In this document: piece by piece, positions 17,481-25,728 of the stretch
Layout of the letters: each line of letters opens with the position of its first letter
Position numbering within the stretch: position 1 is the stretch's first letter
NCBI GenBank assembly: GCA_043825135.1
Contig: JBDRSF010000066.1
Location: 6,355 to 70,354 of the forward strand
Source: Candidatus Magasanikiibacteriota bacterium
Lineage (GTDB): Bacteria; Patescibacteriota; Patescibacteriia; Magasanikbacterales; UBA922
Length of the DNA stretch: 64,000 bases
Direction: 5' to 3'
Notes under the pieces: generated by a model
The model's database searches: none
Seen by the model: only the letters and a program-made list of their open reading frames with translations
What the model was told of the DNA's origin: nothing
Made by a program: the position numbers and the translations under genes

Positions 17481-18269
17481 TTAGAATACAAAATTTCCCA
17501 CCAAATACCCTACCCCAAAAGGTCCTTCATAGGAATAATTTTTGAAATCATATTTCATATTTTTCAAAATCCCTAGTAGAATCAAGATGGATCGATAACC
17601 ACACTCAGCAGAACTTTCTATGAGCGCTGGATCGAGATTTACAATACCAGTGGTATTCCTAGTTTCCAAAAGTTCAATTAGTTTTTCATCAAATTCCTTA
17701 CCGTTTTTACAAAAACCAGCTGGAGCTTCGGTCGTAAGTCCATGTGATAGGTCGCCAGAAGCTATTACAGCTACCCGTTTATCAGTTTCCATAATTAATT
17801 CTTTGAGTACTTCACCAAACTTTAGGTGTGTTTTGGTGTCTAAAGATGAATAACCGATTGGTAAGATTTTTATATTTGGTAGATGTTGTGTAAGATAAAA
17901 TAATGGGATTGAAGCTCCGTGGTCAAGTTTTTCTTGACTAACTAGTTGGAGCGGTAAATCTTCTTCTTTGACAAAATGTTTGAGTCTAGCAGTCAAATTA
18001 TTTGCTCCATTCCATTCTAATTTGGTATTTAGATCGCCAAATTGTTCAAAATCAGACGCAAAGTGAGTGTGGGCGTTGATGGAAAAAGCATCATCAAACA
18101 AACTACCATGGGGAGAAATAATTATTATAATATCAGGTTTTGATAAATATAAATCTTGCTCTAATTTATCTAGAGCCTCTTTGGTTCGGATTATTTTTTT
18201 TATCTGATCCCGACCAATATTTGGGATTAGCAATGGTGGGTGTGGGGTTATGGTAGAGAAGACTAACAT
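17481..18269 (-). CDS. LigB/class III extradiol dioxygenase superfamily (MEMO1-like) protein
   Basis: 262 aa; IIIIISPHGS and DHGASIPLFYL motifs resembling class III extradiol dioxygenase/MEMO1 fold; tentative. Confidence 0.5.
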   Translation of the reverse strand: MLVFSTITPHPPLLIPNIGRDQIKKIIRTKEALDKLEQDLYLSKPDIIIIISPHGSLFDDAFSINAHTHFASDFEQFGDLNTKLEWNGANNLTARLKHFVKEEDLPLQLVSQEKLDHGASIPLFYLTQHLPNIKILPIGYSSLDTKTHLKFGEVLKELIMETDKRVAVIASGDLSHGLTTEAPAGFCKNGKEFDEKLIELLETRNTTGIVNLDPALIESSAECGYRSILILLGILKNMKYDFKNYSYEGPFGVGYLVGNFVF

Positions 18270-18342
18270 AGAAATTTGATGATTAGTTGATTGGTTTATT
18301 AGTTTATTATATTTGATATACTCATTATTTCAAAAATTTTAC

Positions 18343-18560
18343 AAAAACACTCAGCCTAACGGCTTTAAAACACTCATCCGACTTCGTCGGACTAAAAACA
18401 CAAAAACACTCCTGTTTATCTCGTTTTATTTAAATCTAAAACTTTTACTTTCAAACTCGCTATAATTAATCTAAGATTATAATAAGAATATTTTTTCTTT
18501 AATAAACCATGTTTTTGTGTTTTTTGTGTTTTGAACTCGTAGAGTGGGTGTTTTTGTTTG
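18343..18560. repeat. Large imperfect palindromic module: AAAACAC(TC) repeats with ccgacttcgtcgg hairpin, about 95-bp AT-rich centre, GTGTTTT repeats (module 1 of 2)
   Basis: Left arm 18343-18412, AT centre with tataat 18413-18508, right arm 18509-18560; counterpart at 46295-46578. Confidence 0.7.
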
Positions 18561-18564
18561 TTTT

Positions 18565-20847
18565 TTAAAAGGTATCTATTGCCCATTCAGCCAATCTTTC
18601 CGGTTCATCAAATCGATTTGCATAGTCTGGATTGCCCATGGTAATGACAACAAATTTTTTATTATCGCTTTTTCTTTCTATTAACATTATCAAACCTGCA
18701 CCAGCCTCGTCAAGATAGCCGGTTTTACTGGAAATAATATTGAAATTCAGTCCGGTTTTATTTACTAAGTAATTACTGTGATAATCATAATGATGGGGCA
18801 TATTATCCTTATCAATTAATTCATCATATTCATATTTTTTCATTCCTAAATAATCTCGGATAGTTTTATTTTTTTCAGCATTGATATAAATTGTCAAAAA
18901 TTCTTTAGCAGTACTGATATTACCCAAGTCAAAACCATAGACATCAGTAAATTTTGTATTTTCCAAACCCCAATCATCAGCTTGTATATTCATTTTAGTT
19001 ATAAAACTACTTTCATCTTGTTCTGTTGAATCAACAAGCATGCGAGCTGGGGTATTGAGTGATGATACCAACATAGCTTTTAATAAATCTGAATTGCGGT
19101 ATTTTTCTCCAGTGGCTATTCTAAAGCTATGATAAACAGCTTGGTGTTCATTTGGATTGTATGTTGTAGATTGGTCGAGATTAAGACCTTCTTTCATCAT
19201 TGTGTAGGCTGTCATAACTTTGGTAAATGAAGCCAATGGTCGGATGACATCAATATTTTTGCCAGCTAAAATTTCTTTGGTTTCGTAATCAGCAATTAAA
19301 TAAGTATTTATGTTAGTAATAATTTGTTTACCTTCGTAAACAGTTTGGTCTTCTAATATGGTAAACATTTGACCATTTTCTTCTATTGTATCGTTTGAGC
19401 TATCATTTTCAGAAGAAATATTTACATTTGTTATTATATTTGAGTCTTCGTTAGTTAGAGCTAAAGCTAAACGTGATGGTAAATACAAAGGCTGTCCTGT
19501 GGGGTGGTTAATTCCTGTTATGGTATCTGTCCAAATTATATTGTCCCAACTGTAACCAAAGCCGTTAAATACCTCTTCACTAGCAATATGGCGTTTTTTG
19601 CCTTTTTCAATTACATAAATTTTATTTGAACCTTGAATACCGAGTAGTGTTCCGTCTTTATATTTTATTAATTCCCCCACTGTATAATTGGCTAGGTCTG
19701 CTATTATTGCTTTTTCTTCTGGTAAGTTAGGAAAATTTATTTTGGTTATCAGTTCGTCTGTTATTGGAAAAAGAACATTATCTTTTAAATAATACAAACT
19801 ATTATTTTCTGTGATGCGCAAAAGTCGGCCAGTCGCTTCAATGGCTTCAACTTCACCTGAAATAGTATTGCCAATATTAAAACCAACTATGTCGTTTGTT
19901 GTAATTTCTATAATTTCATCAGGGTTATAGCCAATATTTTTTACTACGTCATAACTAGCAAAAGGCCGTAGGGTGTCATAATCTAGCAAATAGTATTTAG
20001 TATCTTGTTTTAGGATTGAGTAATTTGGGAAAGATAATCCCGAACCATTGGGGTAATTTACAAGTTCACTGGTCGGGGCTGATACAACCATTTTGGGATC
20101 AAAGCGACTAGCTAGAACCCCCATACTTTTTATAAGTCGTTTTTCTCCATCTTGAATTACATAGATATTAGAGCTTGAACTATCTTTTACTAAAGTCCCG
20201 TCAGGAAAAACTTGAGTAAACCATCTATTCCAAAGAGTCCAAAAATTTTTGTTTCCTTCAATGTGAGGAGTATAGGTGTAAAGAAAAGCAGTAGCATAGT
20301 TTTTTGGTATAACAGCTTGACCATCTATAATATTGGTTTGATTTGGTTTTTTTATCCAAGGTTGAAGTCTTACATTGTCATAGTACCAGCGAATTATACC
20401 AGCAGCACTATCTACTTGCTTACCAAAACCTTTGTTATTGAGATAAGTGTCACATGACCAACCACAGCCGTCGGTAATACCATAACCAGTTGCACCATCC
20501 AATTGTTTTTGTGTAGGGTTATCTATAGTAATTAAACTTTGTTCCTTTTGTAATTTGACTAGTAGGTATTTTGGATTAATTCCATGTTCTTTAGCAGCTC
20601 GACTAATAATATCAGACGCTAGACGAGTAACGCCGTCTTTGTCAGATGTTCTAAGGTCTGCGAGGGAACTATCATAATCTTCTAAAAAGGCTTGAATATC
20701 AGCCCTATTCATGCTTTCCCAGGCTTGCATTTCTTCGTCTGAAATAATGTAGTTAGCATCAAAATTGTCTTCAGCTAACGCAAAAATAGGGGATAAAGTT
20801 ATCCCGACTAATATTACAAAAATGGCTATTTTAATGTATAGCTTCAT
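18565..20847 (-). CDS. Secreted multidomain protein with C-terminal S11 D-alanyl-D-alanine carboxypeptidase domain and four N-terminal copies of a about 35-aa Y-x-[LI]-x4-[KR]-R-x-I repeat
   Basis: Signal peptide MKLYIKIAIFVILVGITLSPIFALA; SxxK motif ASFTKVMTAY; repeats SNIYVIQDGEKRLI, TKYYLLDYDTLRPF, SLYYLKDNVLFPI, NKIYVIEKGKKRHI. Confidence 0.7.
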   Translation of the reverse strand: MKLYIKIAIFVILVGITLSPIFALAEDNFDANYIISDEEMQAWESMNRADIQAFLEDYDSSLADLRTSDKDGVTRLASDIISRAAKEHGINPKYLLVKLQKEQSLITIDNPTQKQLDGATGYGITDGCGWSCDTYLNNKGFGKQVDSAAGIIRWYYDNVRLQPWIKKPNQTNIIDGQAVIPKNYATAFLYTYTPHIEGNKNFWTLWNRWFTQVFPDGTLVKDSSSSNIYVIQDGEKRLIKSMGVLASRFDPKMVVSAPTSELVNYPNGSGLSFPNYSILKQDTKYYLLDYDTLRPFASYDVVKNIGYNPDEIIEITTNDIVGFNIGNTISGEVEAIEATGRLLRITENNSLYYLKDNVLFPITDELITKINFPNLPEEKAIIADLANYTVGELIKYKDGTLLGIQGSNKIYVIEKGKKRHIASEEVFNGFGYSWDNIIWTDTITGINHPTGQPLYLPSRLALALTNEDSNIITNVNISSENDSSNDTIEENGQMFTILEDQTVYEGKQIITNINTYLIADYETKEILAGKNIDVIRPLASFTKVMTAYTMMKEGLNLDQSTTYNPNEHQAVYHSFRIATGEKYRNSDLLKAMLVSSLNTPARMLVDSTEQDESSFITKMNIQADDWGLENTKFTDVYGFDLGNISTAKEFLTIYINAEKNKTIRDYLGMKKYEYDELIDKDNMPHHYDYHSNYLVNKTGLNFNIISSKTGYLDEAGAGLIMLIERKSDNKKFVVITMGNPDYANRFDEPERLAEWAIDTF

Positions 20848-20892
20848 ACAGATACATTATACCATATTTTGATTTTTTGGGAAATTACTGTC

Positions 20893-20959
20893 GTTGCTTC
20901 GTTATCCAGTATTTCATCTGGATACCTCCCTCCAGTACGGCGGGCAGGCGCAATGACAC
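20893..20959. mobile_element. Partial inverted copy of the GTGTCATTGCG MITE family (ends ...ggcgggcaggcgcaatgacac)
   Basis: Shares ccctcc...ggcgggca(g)gcgcaatgacac with copies B and E in reverse orientation. Confidence 0.5.
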
Positions 20960-21018
20960 TTATTTTTTTAATCAAAAAAACACTAGTATTTTCTAGTGAT
21001 TTTTTGTTTTTCCCTCTA

Positions 21019-21723
21019 TCATTTAAACCTCAATTTCAAAATTATCCAAAAAAATTCAAAAATATCTTTTTTGGAAAGTTTTGATTTTCCTTCCTGTCTA
21101 TCTATAAATACAACAGGAACTTCCGTAATGGTAAAGCCGGCTTTTTGGGTGCGATAAAGCAGTTCTTCTTGAAATGCATAACCATTACTTTTGATAGTGT
21201 CAATATTAATTGATTCTAAAACGCGCCGTTTAAAACACCTAAAACCAGCGGTGACATCTCTAGGTTTTAACCCCAAAACGAGTCTAGAAAACCACATGGC
21301 ACCATTACTCATAAATTTGCGAGTCCAACCCCAGCCAATTACTTTGCCACCCTTAATTTTACGTGAACCAATTGCCAAATCTGCCTGCTGACAAGCTTTT
21401 AATAATCTTGGTACGTCTTCAGGATCATGAGAAAAATCAGCATCCATCTCAAAAATGTAATCAGCCTCAAGTTTAAGAGCCTTTTTAAATCCGGCAATAT
21501 ATGCACTCCCTAGACCAAGTTTTCCTTCTCGTTGGATTAAATGTATTTTTTGATTGCCGAGAGCCGATTGCTGATCGCTAACAATATTGGCAGTGCCATC
21601 GGGTGAATTATCATCCACAACTAGAATTTCCAAGCCAACAACCTGCTGAGCAAATATTTTTTTAATAAGTTTCTCAATATTTTCGCTTTCATTGTAAGTT
21701 GGAATAACTATTATGGTTTTCAT
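21019..21723 (-). CDS. GT2 polyprenol-phosphate glycosyltransferase (DPM1-like)
   Basis: IVIPTYNESENI..., VVDDNSPDGT, DADFSHDP motifs. Confidence 0.8.
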   Translation of the reverse strand: MKTIIVIPTYNESENIEKLIKKIFAQQVVGLEILVVDDNSPDGTANIVSDQQSALGNQKIHLIQREGKLGLGSAYIAGFKKALKLEADYIFEMDADFSHDPEDVPRLLKACQQADLAIGSRKIKGGKVIGWGWTRKFMSNGAMWFSRLVLGLKPRDVTAGFRCFKRRVLESINIDTIKSNGYAFQEELLYRTQKAGFTITEVPVVFIDRQEGKSKLSKKDIFEFFWIILKLRFK

Positions 21724-21727
21724 AGTT

Positions 21728-22570
21728 TTATTTTCTTCTAGCGCAAGTAATCACATTTTTCAAAAGTAGAGCCACAGTGATTGGACCGACTCCACCTGGA
21801 ACCGGAGTAATGTGACTGGCTTTTTTACTAACCTCTGTAAAATTGATATCACCATACATTTTTCCTTCTGCAAAGCAAATACCAGTATCAATGACAAGGG
21901 CGCCTTTTTTTATCATGTTGCCTCGTAATAAGTCTTTTTTTCCGACAGCCATGACCACAATATCTGCTCTTGAACTCTTTTCTTTAATATTTTTTGTATT
22001 TTCATCACAGAGTGTTACCGTGCCACCTTTGTTACTTAAGATTATTGATAATGGTTTACCAACTAGAGCACCAGCCCCAATAATACAGATGTTTTGTCCA
22101 GTTACTTTAATACCAAGTTCTTTGATAATTGTTTTGACCGCATAAGGGGTTGGTGGCAAAAGAAAGCCGGTTCTCATGACCAGCCGACCAATATTTTCAT
22201 TGGTTAAGCAATCCACATCAATATTTGGGTCAACTGCATTTAAAACTTCTGGTGTATAAAGCGGTTCTGGTAGTGGAAGTTGAATGATAAGCCCTGATGG
22301 ATTTTCTTGTTTTTGAATTTGTTTAATTTCAGCAACCAAATCATCTTTGCTAATTTCAGCTGGGTATTTATGTAGGACAAATTCAATACCAATCTGTTCG
22401 GCAGCTTCTTGTTTTTTTCGGATATAAGTCTTTGATGGTTTATGATCTCCAACCATGACAACAATTAGCTTTGGATTTATATTTTTGGCTTGCAACAAAG
22501 CTACCTCTGATTTTAAGCGGTTTAGGATATTTTCAGCAATTTTTTTGCCATCAATAATTTGAGCAATCAT
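21728..22570 (-). CDS. folD: Bifunctional methylenetetrahydrofolate dehydrogenase/cyclohydrolase
   Basis: IIDGKKIA..., GKPLSIIL, PVPGGVGPITVALL; ATG 22570 (MIAQIIDGK) preferred over GTG 22588 used by ORF track. Confidence 0.9.
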   Translation of the reverse strand: MIAQIIDGKKIAENILNRLKSEVALLQAKNINPKLIVVMVGDHKPSKTYIRKKQEAAEQIGIEFVLHKYPAEISKDDLVAEIKQIQKQENPSGLIIQLPLPEPLYTPEVLNAVDPNIDVDCLTNENIGRLVMRTGFLLPPTPYAVKTIIKELGIKVTGQNICIIGAGALVGKPLSIILSNKGGTVTLCDENTKNIKEKSSRADIVVMAVGKKDLLRGNMIKKGALVIDTGICFAEGKMYGDINFTEVSKKASHITPVPGGVGPITVALLLKNVITCARRK

Positions 22571-22646
22571 ATGTAAATATTGTAGCACTTTAGAAATATA
22601 TTATCAAGTTTATATTCATATTTGTTATAACTGTGGATAATTTTGT

Positions 22647-22675
22647 TTGACTTGTCTCATATTTGTTGATATTAT
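22647..22675 (+). promoter_or_regulatory. Sigma70-like promoter TTGACT-17-TATTAT driving the GC-rich segment; DnaA-box TGTGGATAA at 22632-22640 just upstream
   Basis: Consensus-grade -35 and -10 with 17-nt spacer; no CDS downstream. Confidence 0.5.
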
Positions 22676-22682
22676 TGTCTAT

Positions 22683-23015
22683 AACGTCAGGCTGTGCCGT
22701 ACTTAAAAATTGGTGTTCCAATAACTGGGAAAATGTCTCGTTTAGGGAAGTGGATACGTGCCTCTTGTGGGCAACTGAAGCTTTTACAGCGAGTCCACCA
22801 TTGTTTGAGGATCAAACACCAAGGGCGAGAGCTTTCTGCAGGGCCACCTGACTAAAGGGCCGAGCGAAGTATCAATCGATACAAGACGCGAGCTGTTTTC
22901 AACGGCTCAAATCTAAATTCTCCGAGGCGGGGAATGGGTCGAAAAGGGGGTAACGTTTCGGTATTAGCTCGGCCCCCTTTCTAAAATAACACACTCCGAC
23001 GTAATATCGGAGTGT
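22683..23015 (+). ncRNA. Candidate structured ncRNA of about 330 nt, unassigned family
   Basis: Promoter at 22647-22675 and terminator at 22991-23021 bracket a GC-rich stretch; long-range helix aaagggccgagc/gctcggcccccttt enclosing internal hairpins (gtatc/gatac, gagc/gctc); only ORF (22663-22851) has no recognisable features. Confidence 0.4.
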
Positions 23016-23021
23016 TTTTTT
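22991..23021 (+). terminator. Rho-independent terminator acactccga-cgtaatat-cggagtgt + TTTTTTT
   Basis: Perfect 9-bp stem and 7-T run. Confidence 0.65.
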
Positions 23022-23045
23022 ACTTGCAGTTTAAGGTGTACACGG

Positions 23046-24539
23046 CTATAAATTGATGAGATATGCTTTACCATCAGTAAAAAATTGATCACCACTGAAA
23101 TTTTGACCCAAGATGGGATCAACTTGCTTAATTTGCCCAAAATTTTGCACTAAACCAGTTTTTTGTAGATCAGACAAAATTAGATCGCGTTCGCTATCAA
23201 TGTCGGGACTAATTTGATGTGTGATAAGCCATTTAATTCTAGTATCCAAGCTAGCTGTTCCAAAGTAAACATTATCACCGTTTTCCGTAATATAATTTGT
23301 TTTCCAAAATCGAGTATGGTGCCTCTGTCTAACACTGTCCGTGTCTGTAGATTTTTCCCAACCGAAATCATGAACCTGTTTATTCCAAAATGAGGGCGTC
23401 ATTGGTGCGGTGGGATAAGCTTGGTTTAATACGGCCGACCTGATTAATTTATTGACTGATGAGGGATTTAATTTTTCTCCCATTGCCCAACCGGCTTTGG
23501 CCAATGTTGATTGTAGGATTTCATCATTTGGGGCAATAATAATTATACTAATTGGTTCTTGGTTTCTTCCAGTGAGTGTTTCAGTATAGCAGGGTAAAGT
23601 ATAGTCTTGAAAAATAGTCTGGCTATTGCTAACGGTTATAAAATTTTCTTTTGGATTATATTTTATAAGTTCTGGATGATAAAGTATTCCAAAAATTAAA
23701 TATATGGCCAGTCCTGTTATTATCAGTCCTGATTCTAGGATTTTCCTAGTCTTGTTTTTAAGAATTGGCTTATTATTGTCTTTATTTAACGATATTTTCC
23801 ATTCTGTCAAACTAATGCTCATAATTAACCAGAGTAACCCAACTAAGTAACCTGCCCAAACATCACTTATATAATGAACACCCAAATAAAGTCGACTAAA
23901 ACCTATTAAAAAGATTAAAATAATCAAGCCGACATTAGCTAAAACAAGGTGATGTCTTTTTTTGATAAATTTCCAAGCCAGATAAATCAAAAATCCATAA
24001 AAAGCCATAGTGATGGTAGCGTGACCACTTGGAAAAGAACCGGAATGTTCTAAATATACTGCTAATTGAGGTCGTGGTCGATTAAGTAGAATTTTTGTAA
24101 CATAGGTAAAAAAAACACTACCAACTAAAGTTAACCAAAGAGCCATTATTTCTACTTTCTTTTTATTTAACCAGAGGATCAAAGTTGTTATAACAGAAAA
24201 AAGTATTACAATATAACTTTTGCCCAAAAGCGTAATCCACAGGAAAAAATTAACAGCCTTTTCATTGCGGAAAATATAAAATAAGACATTAATTCTTTCA
24301 TCAGCACTCACAATTATGCCTGAACTTATAAAATCTTCAATTACACCACCAAGCAATAGAAGTACATAAAAAATAGCAACTAATAAAAGAGTTAGAGGTA
24401 AGCCACTAAAATGTTCAATATTGGTACGTTTTTTAATTATTCCGGTTATTTTAGGATGGTGTTTTTTTATCTTTGCTATTTCTTCATTACTATGAAAAGC
24501 ACGCCAAAAAGAACGTAAAAGTGATTTTATTAGCTTCAT
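23046..24539 (-). CDS. Membrane protein with PAP2 phosphatase domain and C-terminal extracellular domain
   Basis: PAP2 motifs KILLNRPRP, PSGH, SRLYLGVHYISD; multiple TM helices. Confidence 0.7.
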   Translation of the reverse strand: MKLIKSLLRSFWRAFHSNEEIAKIKKHHPKITGIIKKRTNIEHFSGLPLTLLLVAIFYVLLLLGGVIEDFISSGIIVSADERINVLFYIFRNEKAVNFFLWITLLGKSYIVILFSVITTLILWLNKKKVEIMALWLTLVGSVFFTYVTKILLNRPRPQLAVYLEHSGSFPSGHATITMAFYGFLIYLAWKFIKKRHHLVLANVGLIILIFLIGFSRLYLGVHYISDVWAGYLVGLLWLIMSISLTEWKISLNKDNNKPILKNKTRKILESGLIITGLAIYLIFGILYHPELIKYNPKENFITVSNSQTIFQDYTLPCYTETLTGRNQEPISIIIIAPNDEILQSTLAKAGWAMGEKLNPSSVNKLIRSAVLNQAYPTAPMTPSFWNKQVHDFGWEKSTDTDSVRQRHHTRFWKTNYITENGDNVYFGTASLDTRIKWLITHQISPDIDSERDLILSDLQKTGLVQNFGQIKQVDPILGQNFSGDQFFTDGKAYLINL

Positions 24540-24642
24540 AATGTAGTTTATTATTTATAGTATAATTATAGCACTAGCGGGAGATTTAATCCAGAATAAA
24601 GTTCCGTAGTGTTTTAATAATAAATACATCATAGAATTTTGT

Positions 24643-24832
24643 CCCCTCCCCTTTTAGGGGAGGGTTAGGCCTGCCCGCCAGTACCTCGCTTGTTACACTA
24701 GCATTGCGAGTGAGCAGGCATGGCAGGCGGGGAGGGGTGGCTTGTCGAAGCTGTTGTCTTTGTTTTAGCTGAAACGAAAGTTGCTTGCCTCTAAGCTCTA
24801 CCCCCTCCTAGCCTCCCCCTAACAGGGGGAGG
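24643..24832. repeat. Cluster of CCCCTCCCC-n-GGGGAGGG hairpins and a split cctgcccgcc...ggcaggcggg dyad
   Basis: Hairpins at 24643-24664 and 24812-24832; intervening dyad contains cattgcgag. Confidence 0.65.
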
Positions 24833-24955
24833 GATTCAGTCTTATGTGCCGTGTAATATCTGACATTGAAAAGAATAAGGACTTGACTTTTGGCGAAAAT
24901 TGGATTATAATTTCAAGGTTCATAATTTGGAATACAACTAGCTCTTATTCCATTG

Positions 24956-24978
24956 TTACGTAGCATGTTACGTAACAA
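24956..24978. repeat. 23-mer TTACGTAGCATGTTACGTAACAA, 6 nt upstream of tRNA-Gln; exact reverse complement of 9627-9649
   Basis: Direct comparison. Confidence 0.8.
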
Positions 24979-24983
24979 AACAA

Positions 24984-25054
24984 TCGCGGATCGTCTAATG
25001 GTAGGACAACAGTTTCTGGTACTGTTTATCGGGGTTCGAATCCCTGTCCGCGAA
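24984..25054 (+). tRNA. tRNA-Gln (anticodon CTG)
   Basis: Acceptor TCGCGGA/TCCGCGA with U1:A72, D-loop AATGGTAG, anticodon loop TTCTGGT, T-arm CGGGG-TTCGAAT-CCCTG; CCA not encoded. Confidence 0.85.
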
Positions 25055-25165
25055 CAAATAAAAATAAGACTTCAAAAATGTCTTATTTTGTTTGTGGATA
25101 AGTAATCTTGACATAGTAATACAGATGTATTACACTACCATAGTAAATTAATAATATTAAAAAAT

Positions 25166-25411
25166 ATGCGTCAAGTTTTAAGTTTGTCGTTACCCCAGCA
25201 AATGACAAAAGAAATAAAGAAAAGTGCCAAACAAAAAGGTTTTAGCTCTGTTTCTAGTTATGTAAAATATTTATTCGAGACCGATAATGATGTGATTACC
25301 ACAGAACAACTTTTAGAAGATGTCAAAGAGGCAGAAAGAGACTATAAAGCTGGAAAGTGCATAAAAGCTAATTCTTTAACCGAGGCGCTTAAAATTTATG
25401 ATAGTCACTAA
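25166..25411 (+). CDS. Ribbon-helix-helix antitoxin (RelB/ParD-like)
   Basis: 81 aa; N-terminal beta-strand/helix pattern VLSLSLPQQMTKEIKK; 14-nt ATGA-type overlap with downstream toxin gene. Confidence 0.5.
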   Translation: MRQVLSLSLPQQMTKEIKKSAKQKGFSSVSSYVKYLFETDNDVITTEQLLEDVKEAERDYKAGKCIKANSLTEALKIYDSH

Positions 25412-25670
25412 TGTTTTTTATTCGCCGTCATTTTTAAAGGAGGCTAAAAAATTACCAGCAGAAGTTCTAAGTATATTTGAAAAAAAAGAAAAGATATTTA
25501 GATTAAATCCACTTCATCCTTCTCTAAGACTTCATCAATTACATGGTGAATTGAATTATTTATGGTCGATTTCTCTTAATAAAAATTATAGATCAATTTT
25601 TAAACGTCAAAAAAATGGGGATATTATTTTTGTTTCTATAGGTAAACATGATATTTATAAAGATTTGTAA
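25398..25670 (+). CDS. RelE/ParE-family toxin
   Basis: 90 aa; LHQLHGELNYLWSISLNKNYRSIFKR...IIFVSIGKHDIY matches RelE/ParE fold hallmarks. Confidence 0.6.
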   Translation: MIVTNVFYSPSFLKEAKKLPAEVLSIFEKKEKIFRLNPLHPSLRLHQLHGELNYLWSISLNKNYRSIFKRQKNGDIIFVSIGKHDIYKDL

Positions 25671-25728
25671 TTAAAGAGTGTTATATTTATTTAATCAATT
25701 TACGATATGAAAGTTCTAACCTTTGTAG

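Noticed and set aside
22579-22606. Possible folD promoter (TTGATA-17-TACAAT on minus strand) and GTG start at 22588
   Set aside because: Promoter would place the -10 only about 9 nt from the preferred ATG at 22570 (leaderless) or inside the CDS if GTG 22588 is used; cannot resolve without 5'-end data, so not annotated.
22663-22851. 62-aa ORF within the candidate ncRNA
   Set aside because: Starts inside the promoter-proximal transcript, no SD, no recognisable coding features.
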